Shown here piece by piece: positions 19,455 through 28,646 of a stretch of DNA of 42,281 bases; within the stretch, counting starts at the first letter, position 1; each line of letters opens with the position of its first letter. The notes under the pieces were generated by a model, which saw only the letters and a list, made by a program, of their open reading frames with translations, was not told the origin of the DNA and searched no databases. Origin of the DNA: Promethearchaeota archaeon (lineage in GTDB: Archaea > Asgardarchaeota > Lokiarchaeia > Sigyniarchaeales > SOKP01). A program made the translations under genes and the position numbers. The stretch spans positions 1 to 42,281 of the forward strand of contig JBHLMP010000032.1 of the NCBI GenBank assembly GCA_048938025.1. Direction: 5' to 3'.

Positions 19455-20597
19455 TTATTTTAATTCTTCACGGGCAATAATCAAATTCTGAATTTCAGAG
19501 GTCCCACCCCCAATTTGATAAAACTTTGCATCCCTCATATATCTCTCTACAGAATAATTATCAGTGTAGCCATCCCCACCATGAATCTGAACCGCTTCTG
19601 AAGTGATCTCTACTGCTGTTTTACTAGAAAAAGCTTTAGCCATTGAAGCTTCCTTGGTAATATCTCTATTTATTTCCTTTAATTGGGCTGCACTGTAGGT
19701 CAATAACCTTGCTGCACGCAATTTAGTAGCCATTTCAGCAACTTTTAATTTAATGAGTTGAAACTTCGAGATTGGTTTATTAAATTGAATTCTACTTTTT
19801 GCATACTGTTTTGAATCCTCTAGGGCTGCTAAAGAGATTCCATTGCACTCAGAACTTAAAGTCATTCTTTCTATGTTAAACGTATCCATCAAACTTTGAA
19901 AACCACTTCCTTCCTCACCAATAAGATTATCTTTTGAAATTTCAGCGTTTTCAAGTTTAATGATTCCGTTATGCACTCCATTCAATCCCATCAATCCATA
20001 AGGATTTTCTGTTTTTAGTCCGGGAGTATCTTTTTCCACTATAAATACACTTGTTCCATTTCGAGGATTGACATTTTTATTTGTAATACCCCAAATAAAA
20101 TAATAATCTGCGATTCCCGCATTAGTTATAAATCTTTTAGAACCATTTAAAAGATAGATATTTCCTTTTTTTTGCGCTGTAGTTTTAATCCCTGCAACAT
20201 TGGATCCCGCTTCTTCCTCTGTAACACATATACTACATAACTTTTCTCCAGTGGCAATTTTAGTTAAAAAATTCTCTTTTTGAATTTCATTTCCATATTT
20301 ATGGAGGAGATACCCGTCAAGTATGCATGGTGTGCGACTGACTGATACAGCAACGTTCATTCTGGAAATTTCTTCTGTAATCAGACAATGAGCTATTGCT
20401 CCTAACTCTGAACCTCCATACTTTTTTGAAATCAATGGACCAAAAAATCCCTTTTCTCCAATTTTTTTTATTATAGACAATGGTATTTTTTTTGTCTGAT
20501 TAATCTCATCCTTTAATGGTTCTAATTCTTTTAGTAAGAATTGTCTTAACTTTCTTTGTAAAGTATAATGTTTCTCTGAGAAGAAAATATCATCCAT
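19455..20597 (-). CDS. Acyl-CoA dehydrogenase
   Basis: TEEEAGSN, LNGSKRFITN, RIQFNKPISKFQ, QIHGGDGY, VERYMRDAK and IGGGTSEIQ motifs. Confidence 0.93.
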   Translation of the reverse strand: MDDIFFSEKHYTLQRKLRQFLLKELEPLKDEINQTKKIPLSIIKKIGEKGFFGPLISKKYGGSELGAIAHCLITEEISRMNVAVSVSRTPCILDGYLLHKYGNEIQKENFLTKIATGEKLCSICVTEEEAGSNVAGIKTTAQKKGNIYLLNGSKRFITNAGIADYYFIWGITNKNVNPRNGTSVFIVEKDTPGLKTENPYGLMGLNGVHNGIIKLENAEISKDNLIGEEGSGFQSLMDTFNIERMTLSSECNGISLAALEDSKQYAKSRIQFNKPISKFQLIKLKVAEMATKLRAARLLTYSAAQLKEINRDITKEASMAKAFSSKTAVEITSEAVQIHGGDGYTDNYSVERYMRDAKFYQIGGGTSEIQNLIIAREELK

Positions 20598-20869
20598 ATT
20601 ATCATCCTCTATTTGTATTTTAAACTTTTTTAAATAATATTAATAATAGGTTTCAAGTTAAATTTTTTTTATATTTAATAATTTTTAAATCGGAAATATG
20701 TATTATTATAACGAAATAATTAATTTTTAATTATTTTTTAATATAGATAATTCATTAAACTAGTAGTATATTACTAGTTCGGTATGGAATATTTAGGGGA
20801 TTTTTCTACTGAGTAACTTACCTTACTTTTATACAAAAGTATCTAAAACAGTGAATCGGGATTAGAACC

Positions 20870-21376
20870 ATGAGTAATACAAGGGTTAAACATAGTGACT
20901 TGAAACCTAAACAAAAAGATGATAATGTAAATGATAAAGATATTGATTATAGTGGAATAATCAAAAAATATAATGAATTATATAATGAATATCATCATTT
21001 AAGTGAGAAAAATAAGGTATTAAAAGAGCTAATTCTTGAAAAACAAGATAATAATTTTCAGAGTTCTTTAAATGATAAGAAAGACGTAAATTTCCATCCT
21101 AATAGAACAAAAAGGAGTTTCTATATTCAGATTATTTTAGGTCTCTTAGTAATTATATTATCATTAGGATTTCATATTGTATATTTGGGAGTTACAGATT
21201 GCTTATTGTATAATGATGGAAATCCTGATTGCTGGATAAAATCATGGCTAGGAATAGGTATCCATGCGAGTTTTTATATAGATTTATTTCTTTATTCATT
21301 AATTTTTCTCCAATCACTTCTAATTATATTAATAATTCGAAGTAAAATTAGTGAGTTTAAGTTAAAAAAAAGATGA
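20870..21376 (+). CDS. Hypothetical protein: short coiled coil plus two TM helices
   Basis: 168-aa ORF with a heptad-like YNELYNEYHHLSEKNKVLKEL segment and two hydrophobic segments flanking a Cys pair. Confidence 0.6.
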   Translation: MSNTRVKHSDLKPKQKDDNVNDKDIDYSGIIKKYNELYNEYHHLSEKNKVLKELILEKQDNNFQSSLNDKKDVNFHPNRTKRSFYIQIILGLLVIILSLGFHIVYLGVTDCLLYNDGNPDCWIKSWLGIGIHASFYIDLFLYSLIFLQSLLIILIIRSKISEFKLKKR

Positions 21377-21490
21377 AGACGTATAGATAAAGATAACCTT
21401 AAAGCTATTTTAATTATTTACCATTGAATAATTGAAATTTTTAAGCTTACCTAGATATATTTTACTATAATATTTCATATTGTGGTAAAA

Positions 21491-21664
21491 ATGAGTGAAG
21501 ACTTTAAATATTGTGAAAACTGTGGTGAAAATGTTGAAGGCGAAATATTTGCCTGTTATGAATGTGGGAATTCTATATGTGAAATGTGTGCGAATATTTG
21601 TAAAAATTGTGGAGAATACTTATGCGATGGATGCTACCATGACCATAAAAAGAAATGTAATTAA
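21491..21664 (+). CDS. Small Cys-rich metal-binding protein (five CxxC)
   Basis: CENC, CYEC, CEMC, CKNC and CDGCYHDH in 57 aa. ATG at 21491; alternative GTG at 21482. Confidence 0.75.
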   Translation: MSEDFKYCENCGENVEGEIFACYECGNSICEMCANICKNCGEYLCDGCYHDHKKKCN

Positions 21665-22051
21665 ATGAAAGGTACCTATATTTTAGTTATAATTTTATAT
21701 AAAAAATCACGAATTAGAATAGGTTCTTTAGGTTACATTCTATTTAATAAAGGATTTTATTTCTATGTAGGGTCTGCTATGGGCAGAAACCTACTCCTTA
21801 ATAGAGTAAAAAGACATATTCTATCGAATAATAAAAAAATGCATTGGCATATAGATTATTTATTAGCTAATTCAAATTCAATTATAAATCGCTTATACCT
21901 TATTCCATCTACTAAAAGATGGGAATGTACAATTGCTAACGAATTATTGGATATTACTGATGGTTATATTAAAAATTTTGGATCTTCAGATTGCAATTGT
22001 ATAAGTCATTTATTTTATTCTAGGCTTTCTGATACTATAGGAAGGGAATAG
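21665..22051 (+). CDS. GIY-YIG superfamily protein, DUF123 type
   Basis: MKGTYIL, GFYFYVGSAMG, RVKRH, HWHIDYLL, ECTIA and FGSSDCNCISHLF motifs. Confidence 0.88.
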   Translation: MKGTYILVIILYKKSRIRIGSLGYILFNKGFYFYVGSAMGRNLLLNRVKRHILSNNKKMHWHIDYLLANSNSIINRLYLIPSTKRWECTIANELLDITDGYIKNFGSSDCNCISHLFYSRLSDTIGRE

Positions 22052-22550
22052 ACCAATTATCAATTGCTATAATTGAAATAATCAAAACTAATATAACAAA
22101 TATTTCTGGTATGACTCCAAACTTTTTATAGTTCCAATTTGGAAGCCAAAATAGTACTTTTTCTCTGATTTTATCTATAATTCTATGGAAAAAGTTGCTA
22201 TGGTGGTAATCTGTTTTTCCGTTTATATTTCTTCTCTTTTGAATTCGTCTTATTATAACCCAATCCCAAATGTCTGGCAAATTAGCAAATAACATTCCTA
22301 AATAATAAGGAAAGAAAAGAAATATAGCAATATAACCAGAAATACGCACAGTTATATTCCAAGAAACCCAGAATTTATCATCCCAATGTGGTTCAGGAGT
22401 ATGATAGGTAATTTTTGCAAGTGCATCAACTATAAAATGGGATAAAAAAGCAATGAAAATAGTAAGTATTAAGTTTAAGGGAAAAGTAAAAACGATGAAA
22501 CATAAAATTTGAATGAAAACGCCGATTAATACATGAGTGATTAAATTCAT
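22035..22550 (-). CDS. Membrane protein with His/Asp motifs (putative membrane metal-dependent hydrolase)
   Basis: THVLIG, SHFIVDAL and NLPD motifs with several TM helices. ATG at 22550 is preferred. Confidence 0.6.
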   Translation of the reverse strand: MNLITHVLIGVFIQILCFIVFTFPLNLILTIFIAFLSHFIVDALAKITYHTPEPHWDDKFWVSWNITVRISGYIAIFLFFPYYLGMLFANLPDIWDWVIIRRIQKRRNINGKTDYHHSNFFHRIIDKIREKVLFWLPNWNYKKFGVIPEIFVILVLIISIIAIDNWSIPFL

Positions 22551-22693
22551 TGTCCCGTCATCTTCCAAAATTGAAAAGAAGAATTATCATCAATTCAAAT
22601 TATAAAAATTTTTTAAGTTTAAAAATCGTTCTTAATTATTCATAATAAGTTAAATTTAAAAATTATAAGAAAAGATAAAAGTGAGTATTAAAA

Positions 22694-23638
22694 ATGGGAA
22701 ATATGTTACAAGGTAAATCTGCCATAATTACAGGCGCTGGACGTGGTTTAGGGCATGAGGAAGCCTTAGCTATGGCAAAAGAGGGTTGTAATTTGCTTAT
22801 AAACGATTTAGGAGCTGCTTTTGATGGAAGTGGTCAAGAAAGTAAGATTGCAGATGAAGTTGTAGCTGAAGTGCAAAAATTAGGCGTTAAAGCTGTTGCT
22901 AATTATGATACGGTCACTGATTTCAATAAAGCTAAAGCAATGATCGATCAAGCAATATCTGAATTTGGGAAGTTAGATATTCTTGTAAACAACGCGGGTA
23001 TTTTACGGGATAGAATGCTTTTTAATATGACTGAAGCAGAATTTGATGATGTAATTGCTGTACATTTAAAGGGTACTTTTAATATGACACGACACGCAGC
23101 AGCTTATTTTAGGGAAAAGGGTAAAGCAGATGAATCATTAGGGAATTTCGGCAGAATTATAAATACTGCATCAGATGCGGGTTTAACTGGAAATTTAGGG
23201 CAAACCAATTATGGAGCTGCAAAAGCAGGTATTGCTGCTTTTACTATGAATGCTTCAGCTGAATTAAAAAAATATGCTACAGTTAACTGTATCGTTCCTT
23301 TGGCACGTACTCGTTTAACCACAGATGCTACTCCGCAAATGGTTGAAATAATGAATAAACTTGATGAAACCGGACTTGATGTTTTCAATCCCGCTAATGT
23401 AGCACCAATGGTTGTATTCTTAGCATCAGATAACGCTAAAAGAATTAATGGAGAGGTATTTAGAGTCGTAGGTGATCGCATCATGTTGTTCCAAGGATGG
23501 CATACTGTTAATCAAATCAAAAATGATCACAAACCATTTACGTCACAATTGATAGCTGATAGAATTAGAGAATTAATGAAAGGAGCACCCAAAAGAGAAA
23601 ATTTATATGCCCTTTTAGGCGATATGGTTAAAATGTAA
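22694..23638 (+). CDS. SDR oxidoreductase (hydroxyacyl-CoA dehydrogenase/MFE-2-like subgroup)
   Basis: TGAGRGLG, INDLG, NNAGILRD, VHLKG and GQTNYGAAKAG (YxxxK) motifs. Confidence 0.92.
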   Translation: MGNMLQGKSAIITGAGRGLGHEEALAMAKEGCNLLINDLGAAFDGSGQESKIADEVVAEVQKLGVKAVANYDTVTDFNKAKAMIDQAISEFGKLDILVNNAGILRDRMLFNMTEAEFDDVIAVHLKGTFNMTRHAAAYFREKGKADESLGNFGRIINTASDAGLTGNLGQTNYGAAKAGIAAFTMNASAELKKYATVNCIVPLARTRLTTDATPQMVEIMNKLDETGLDVFNPANVAPMVVFLASDNAKRINGEVFRVVGDRIMLFQGWHTVNQIKNDHKPFTSQLIADRIRELMKGAPKRENLYALLGDMVKM

Positions 23639-23674
23639 TAATGTTTTAACCTATTTTTTTTTATTTTTATTTAA

Positions 23675-24569
23675 AAAAAGTGGGTTATACCCGTAAATCA
23701 GAAAAATTTTCATTTCAGTATAAAATAAGATTATGTAATAACATATAGTTTTAGTTATCTAAAATTGCATATACATGTCTAGAAAAATTGATATAGATAT
23801 CGAGCAGTATTATGCAGACAGAGCATATGAATATGATAAGACGTATTTGAGACCTGAACGCCAAAAAGATATTAAAAAGCTTCATAAATTGCTAAAGAAC
23901 CTATTAAGTGGTCATAAAGTACTTGAGGTTGCATGTGGAACAGGTTATTGGACTAAGACAATTGCATCTGTTTCAAAATTTATCATTGCTGTTGATATAA
24001 ATAATAAAGTTCTTCAAATTGCAAAAAACCGTGAGATTCCTTCAGATAAGGTAATTTTTGTTCAAGATGATGTTTATTCATTAAATAAAATTCAGAATAA
24101 TTTTTCTGCTGGTTTTGCTGGTTTTTGGTGGTCGCACGTATTAAAATCTAAATTAAAAAGGTTTATTGCCTTATTTCATTCAAAACTTCAACCAAACGCT
24201 CTTGTTATTTTTATTGATAATCGACATGTGAAAGCAAGCTCTACACCAATAAGCCGAATTGATATTCATGGAAATTCTTACCAAATAAGGAAATTAGAGG
24301 ATGGTCGAGAATATGAAATATTGAAAAATTTTCCTACTAAGCAAGAAATTCGCGAAACTATCGGAAATAAAGTTAAAAATCTCAAGATTAAATTTTTGAC
24401 ATATTTTTGGATGGTATCATATAATATTGAATAATATGTTTCATAAACGGAAATATTTGACATAAAAAAATCTCATATTAAAGCAAAATTAATTCTTAAT
24501 TTACAAAAAAAATAGTTATATCTGATTTTGGGAAAAATTTTTTAAAATTATGGTTATAACCCACTTTTT
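23675..24569. mobile_element. Putative non-autonomous module bounded by inverted repeats, carrying one methyltransferase gene
   Basis: AAAAAGTGGGTTATA (23675-23689) is the perfect reverse complement of 24555-24569, and the similarity extends inward. No transposase is present. Confidence 0.5.
23775..24434 (+). CDS. Class I SAM-dependent methyltransferase
   Basis: YYADRAYEYD, VLEVACGTGYWT, GFWWSHV and YEILKNFP motifs. Confidence 0.88.
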   Translation: MSRKIDIDIEQYYADRAYEYDKTYLRPERQKDIKKLHKLLKNLLSGHKVLEVACGTGYWTKTIASVSKFIIAVDINNKVLQIAKNREIPSDKVIFVQDDVYSLNKIQNNFSAGFAGFWWSHVLKSKLKRFIALFHSKLQPNALVIFIDNRHVKASSTPISRIDIHGNSYQIRKLEDGREYEILKNFPTKQEIRETIGNKVKNLKIKFLTYFWMVSYNIE

Positions 24570-24597
24570 ATATAAAAATATTTTTACTCAATCTTTT

Positions 24598-24876
24598 TCA
24601 TTCGATATTTACAACAATTTCTTTAATAATTTCATAAATTACCTTAATGAATTTATCAAATTCTTTATCTGATAAATCTTTTTCAAAATTTTTTAATAAA
24701 TTTAAAGTATATTCAAGCTTGTTTAATGCATTCCTAAGGTATCGTTGCTCATTTAAAATTTTAGATTCATTTATATGAGATTTTAGAAAAATGATCTCGC
24801 TTAAAAGCAGATTAAATAATTTTTCTCTTCTTGATTGAAAAAAATCAGCATATTTCCATTTTATTACTTTACTCAT
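24598..24876 (-). CDS. Hypothetical helical protein
   Basis: 92-aa ORF filling an otherwise empty interval, ATG start; no motif recognised. Confidence 0.5.
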   Translation of the reverse strand: MSKVIKWKYADFFQSRREKLFNLLLSEIIFLKSHINESKILNEQRYLRNALNKLEYTLNLLKNFEKDLSDKEFDKFIKVIYEIIKEIVVNIE

Positions 24877-24975
24877 TTCTTACAAACACTTCGTTTATTT
24901 TTAAGTAAGAAAAAGTAATGAGATATTAATCTCTTAAAGAGTCCAATTTTTGATTTCTTAAATTCTGCTTAGTAA

Positions 24976-25464
24976 TCAATCTTCAATCAAATCTTTAAAG
25001 AAATCTTCATCAATATGTTTATCTTCTTCTGGTCTTTTTACTTCTTTATACATATATAAGGTACTCATTATTGCTCCCATTATTAAGCCAATAACTACTC
25101 CTGCTATAATAGTGTATATAATAAACCAAAAAAGGGCAAGAATGTTAATCCCTCGTTCTAGTGAATATGCAATCCATTCAAAAACACTAATAAATAAAGT
25201 AGCTAAAACTCCCCCTCCAATTCCAGTTATAACACCAGTTTTTAGAGTTGCTTGTTCTGCTTTCTGATTTTTCAAAGTAAATCTTATACCTATGATTGCT
25301 CCAATGAGAAGTTGAAGATCAGCAAAAAGAATATATCCCGCATAAACATATCTAGTTGAAATATAAATAAAGAAACTTATTAAACTAAAGAGTATGATAC
25401 CTGCTTCAATATTTTTTTCTCTAGCGTTTTTCATTAAATCGGAGATGAAAGGAATATAAATCAC
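24976..25464 (-). CDS. Hypothetical four-TM membrane protein
   Basis: Gly-rich hydrophobic helices and an acidic C-terminal tail. Start is uncertain. Confidence 0.65.
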   Translation of the reverse strand: MIYIPFISDLMKNAREKNIEAGIILFSLISFFIYISTRYVYAGYILFADLQLLIGAIIGIRFTLKNQKAEQATLKTGVITGIGGGVLATLFISVFEWIAYSLERGINILALFWFIIYTIIAGVVIGLIMGAIMSTLYMYKEVKRPEEDKHIDEDFFKDLIED

Positions 25465-25548
25465 TTATTTTTTTTTAATTAGTCCTATATAGAATTTTAA
25501 TAATTAAATAAGAAAATAGTAAGTTAAGAAAGTTATTATTTCATTATA

Positions 25549-26331
25549 TTATTTATTTGCACCCGGTAGATCTTTTCCTTTTGTAATTGCCTTTGATATA
25601 GCTTTCTTAGCTAATGTTGTAGGATCTGCCAAACTTTGAAGCCCTTCAACTGCAGCATCTGCCGCTTGACCAAGTACATCTCCGCTGATTGCACCTCCAC
25701 CAGCAAGTTCCTGTGTAATAACACCAGCAGCTGGAGTTAATGCCACTGAAACAACTGTAGTAACTGCTGCTATCGCCACAATTTTTGCAATCTTCTTAGC
25801 AATTGGGCTGGTATCTCCTTTTGTCGACTTCTCTTCATCCTCGATGGCTTCTAAAGATCGTTTAAGCCCTGTTATTAATCTATTTAAAGCATCTTCCTTT
25901 TTTTCTTTATTTCCTTTATAATATATTCCTTCTTTGTAAGCGTCTTCTAGAAATTTTGTTAAGGATTTGTATTTTTCAACCTTTTTATATCCATTCCAAT
26001 CGACTTCTTTGAAATTTGTTAAAATTATATTACAAGGTTTTCCATTATTAACTTGATAAATATATATTTTTGGCTCCTTTTTATCGCTCAAATATACTGC
26101 TTCATAAATGTAATCTCCAATTTCCTTTTTTTGCCCTATTAAAATTCTGAAATTAATCTTATCTGTCTTACCAATTAAACCCTTTGAAAATTTAGCTAAC
26201 GCCACTTTCCCTTTTTTGGCTTTTTTTTCACTTTCTAAAACAATGTCAGAACGTTTTTCTTTAAAATAATCGCTCAATACATCAAAAGCATCCTTGAAGA
26301 TATTTTTAGCTTTATCGCTTTCTTTACCCAT
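25549..26331 (-). CDS. Hypothetical protein, Lys-rich N-terminus with Ala/Gly-rich hydrophobic C-terminus
   Basis: 260-aa ORF; ATG preceded by the SD-like AAGTGA. Confidence 0.7.
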   Translation of the reverse strand: MGKESDKAKNIFKDAFDVLSDYFKEKRSDIVLESEKKAKKGKVALAKFSKGLIGKTDKINFRILIGQKKEIGDYIYEAVYLSDKKEPKIYIYQVNNGKPCNIILTNFKEVDWNGYKKVEKYKSLTKFLEDAYKEGIYYKGNKEKKEDALNRLITGLKRSLEAIEDEEKSTKGDTSPIAKKIAKIVAIAAVTTVVSVALTPAAGVITQELAGGGAISGDVLGQAADAAVEGLQSLADPTTLAKKAISKAITKGKDLPGANK

Positions 26332-26496
26332 AGCATCACTTCAATGATTAAGATAATTTAATTAAATTTCAACTATAAAAATTAACATAATTAAACTATT
26401 TATATTTATTTTTATCACAATATTTTAAAACTTGTAGATAGGATGTAATCCACTATCCTTTAACCTTCATTTTTTCTTAAGAAAATTTATAATTAG

Positions 26497-27588
26497 TTAG
26501 ATCCATTTTTTTCTTCTAAAGAAAATTATCATAATAAAAGCTAAGAATGTCATTACAGAAATTAATATTGGATAAGCTATTGGAGATTTGAATTCAGGCA
26601 TATAAATAAAATTCATGCCATAAAAACCTGCTAAAAAAGATAATGGAATGAATATTGTCGAAATGATTGTTAAAACTTTCATTATTTCATTCATTTTATT
26701 GCTTACACTTGAAAGATACATATCAAGCATTCCAAAAATTATATCTCGATAATTTTCTAAAAGATCACTAATTCTGAAAATGTGATCATATAGATCTCTA
26801 AAATAGATTTGTAAGTCATCTTTGATTAAATTTGATTGTTCACGTTGCAATTTATTGATTACTTCTCTTATTGGCCATATTGATTTTCTCAACTCAATCA
26901 AAGATCTTTTCAATTGATAAATAAGTTGCAGAATTTCTGGCTCAGGATTTTTTATTAAAACATCCTCAATATTTTCTATATCCTCTCCTACCTTTTCTAA
27001 TACATTAAAATAATTGTCTACTATAATGTCAATTAAAACATAAAATAGATAATCTGCACCCATTAATCGAACCTTTCCTTTTGGAACTTGAATCCTCTCG
27101 TAAATCGGATTAAAAAGGTTAGTATCACGCTCTTGGAATGAAATTACATAATTCTCTCCCAATATTAAACTTATTTGTTCATATTCAAAATTTTCTTTTT
27201 CTTGATTCCAACTCAACTTTTTTAAAACTACAAAAATATAGCTCCCATAATCCTCTAATTTGGGCCTTTGATTTGGGCTTAAAATATCTTCTAGCACAAG
27301 AGGATGTAAATCAAATTGATGACCAATCTCTTCAATAACTTTTATTTGTGCAATACCGTATATGTCAATCCATCTAATGAAAGGCTTTTCAATTTTAGTG
27401 AGATTCATCTGAATATCGTTAAATTGGTCTAAATTAAAAAGATCTTCAGTGTAATCAGTTAATTTAATTTTAGTTTTTTCTTTTACTTTATCTCCAGTAT
27501 AAATTAGAGTTCCTGGAGGAAGACCAACCTTTTTCTTCCCTTTACTTGAAGGAATTGCATTTCTTAGAGGTCTATAAAATTTCCTCAA
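26497..27588 (-). CDS. corA: Magnesium/cobalt transporter CorA
   Basis: GLPPGTLIYTG, LHPLVLEDI, QRPKLEDY, MNEIMKVLTI and YGMNF...MPE motifs. Confidence 0.95.
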   Translation of the reverse strand: MRKFYRPLRNAIPSSKGKKKVGLPPGTLIYTGDKVKEKTKIKLTDYTEDLFNLDQFNDIQMNLTKIEKPFIRWIDIYGIAQIKVIEEIGHQFDLHPLVLEDILSPNQRPKLEDYGSYIFVVLKKLSWNQEKENFEYEQISLILGENYVISFQERDTNLFNPIYERIQVPKGKVRLMGADYLFYVLIDIIVDNYFNVLEKVGEDIENIEDVLIKNPEPEILQLIYQLKRSLIELRKSIWPIREVINKLQREQSNLIKDDLQIYFRDLYDHIFRISDLLENYRDIIFGMLDMYLSSVSNKMNEIMKVLTIISTIFIPLSFLAGFYGMNFIYMPEFKSPIAYPILISVMTFLAFIMIIFFRRKKWI

Positions 27589-27726
27589 ATTGTCTCACTT
27601 AAACTATGGAGCAAATATTAACTAATAATTTAATAAACCAACTTTTAAAATAAAAGTTTTCTTATCTTTTTTTTATATAAAATCTCTATTCTCAATATAA
27701 TAAAAACTTTGGAGATATGTTTTCAT

Positions 27727-28644
27727 ATGAAAAGAATTTATAAAATAGTCATATGGATGTCAGTTATAGGACTTTTTGTATTAATTTATTTTTATTTTGG
27801 CTTTAAGCAATTATTATTGAACCTAATACTTTTAAATTTGGCTGCTTTTGTAGTCAGATCAATATTAAATGATATATTTCATAGTTTGATTAAAAATTTG
27901 CTCATTCGTTATATAGCCATGATAATACTAAACATTATATGGTTAATATTTCCATTTTGGTTGATTTTCATTATTTCACCGATTTTATTTGTAGCAATTA
28001 TATCATTTTTAGTGGTGGCAATATCTTTAACATTTCAAAATATTATTAATAACATTGCAGCAGGAATATTACTCTTATCATCAGAAGGTTTTGAAGCAGG
28101 TGATTTGATTGAAACAAATGGAATTGAAGGTATTGTTAAAGAAGTAACATTAACTAGTTTGAAACTACAAGATTTTGACGGCTCTATCACTTACATTCCC
28201 AACAGAAACGCTTTTAACTCATCAGTAGTTCGCTTTACTCACAAACCTATTGAAAAAGAAAAGAAAATAGTCATTTCGGAAGTAGTAAAAAAATTCGGTA
28301 AATTAATAACTGGAGAAAAAAAAATTACACGTTATATTAAAGTAGTTGAACTTTTAGGTACAGTAGATCCAGAAAATCTTGAAGAATTATTAGTCCCCAT
28401 ATTTGATAAGTATGAACCCATTTTTGGAAGAAGACCATTTTTCTATGCAAATAGTACAGTCAGTGGGATCATTAATCGATTAAGTATTACCATACAAATT
28501 ATCACAGAGAATCCAAAATTAATTTTAACTTATATGGATCCCCTATTGAAAGATATTCTATTTAAAATTTATGAACCAGATATAAATTATGGATGGAACT
28601 CTTCTAATACAAATAATTCAAAAAATAATTTAGAGGTTGATTAA
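27727..28644 (+). CDS. MscS-family mechanosensitive channel
   Basis: TM helices followed by QNIINNIAAGI, FEAGDLIE, GIVKEV and YIPN. ATG at 27727 is preferred over the TTG at 27709. Confidence 0.8.
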   Translation: MKRIYKIVIWMSVIGLFVLIYFYFGFKQLLLNLILLNLAAFVVRSILNDIFHSLIKNLLIRYIAMIILNIIWLIFPFWLIFIISPILFVAIISFLVVAISLTFQNIINNIAAGILLLSSEGFEAGDLIETNGIEGIVKEVTLTSLKLQDFDGSITYIPNRNAFNSSVVRFTHKPIEKEKKIVISEVVKKFGKLITGEKKITRYIKVVELLGTVDPENLEELLVPIFDKYEPIFGRRPFFYANSTVSGIINRLSITIQIITENPKLILTYMDPLLKDILFKIYEPDINYGWNSSNTNNSKNNLEVD

Positions 28645-28646
28645 AA

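Noticed and set aside
23644-23690. Possible integron attC site (TTTTAAC ... GTTATAC) beside the methyltransferase
   Set aside because: No convincing internal L-box hairpin, no repeated same-orientation sites and no integrase; the repeats here are inverted.
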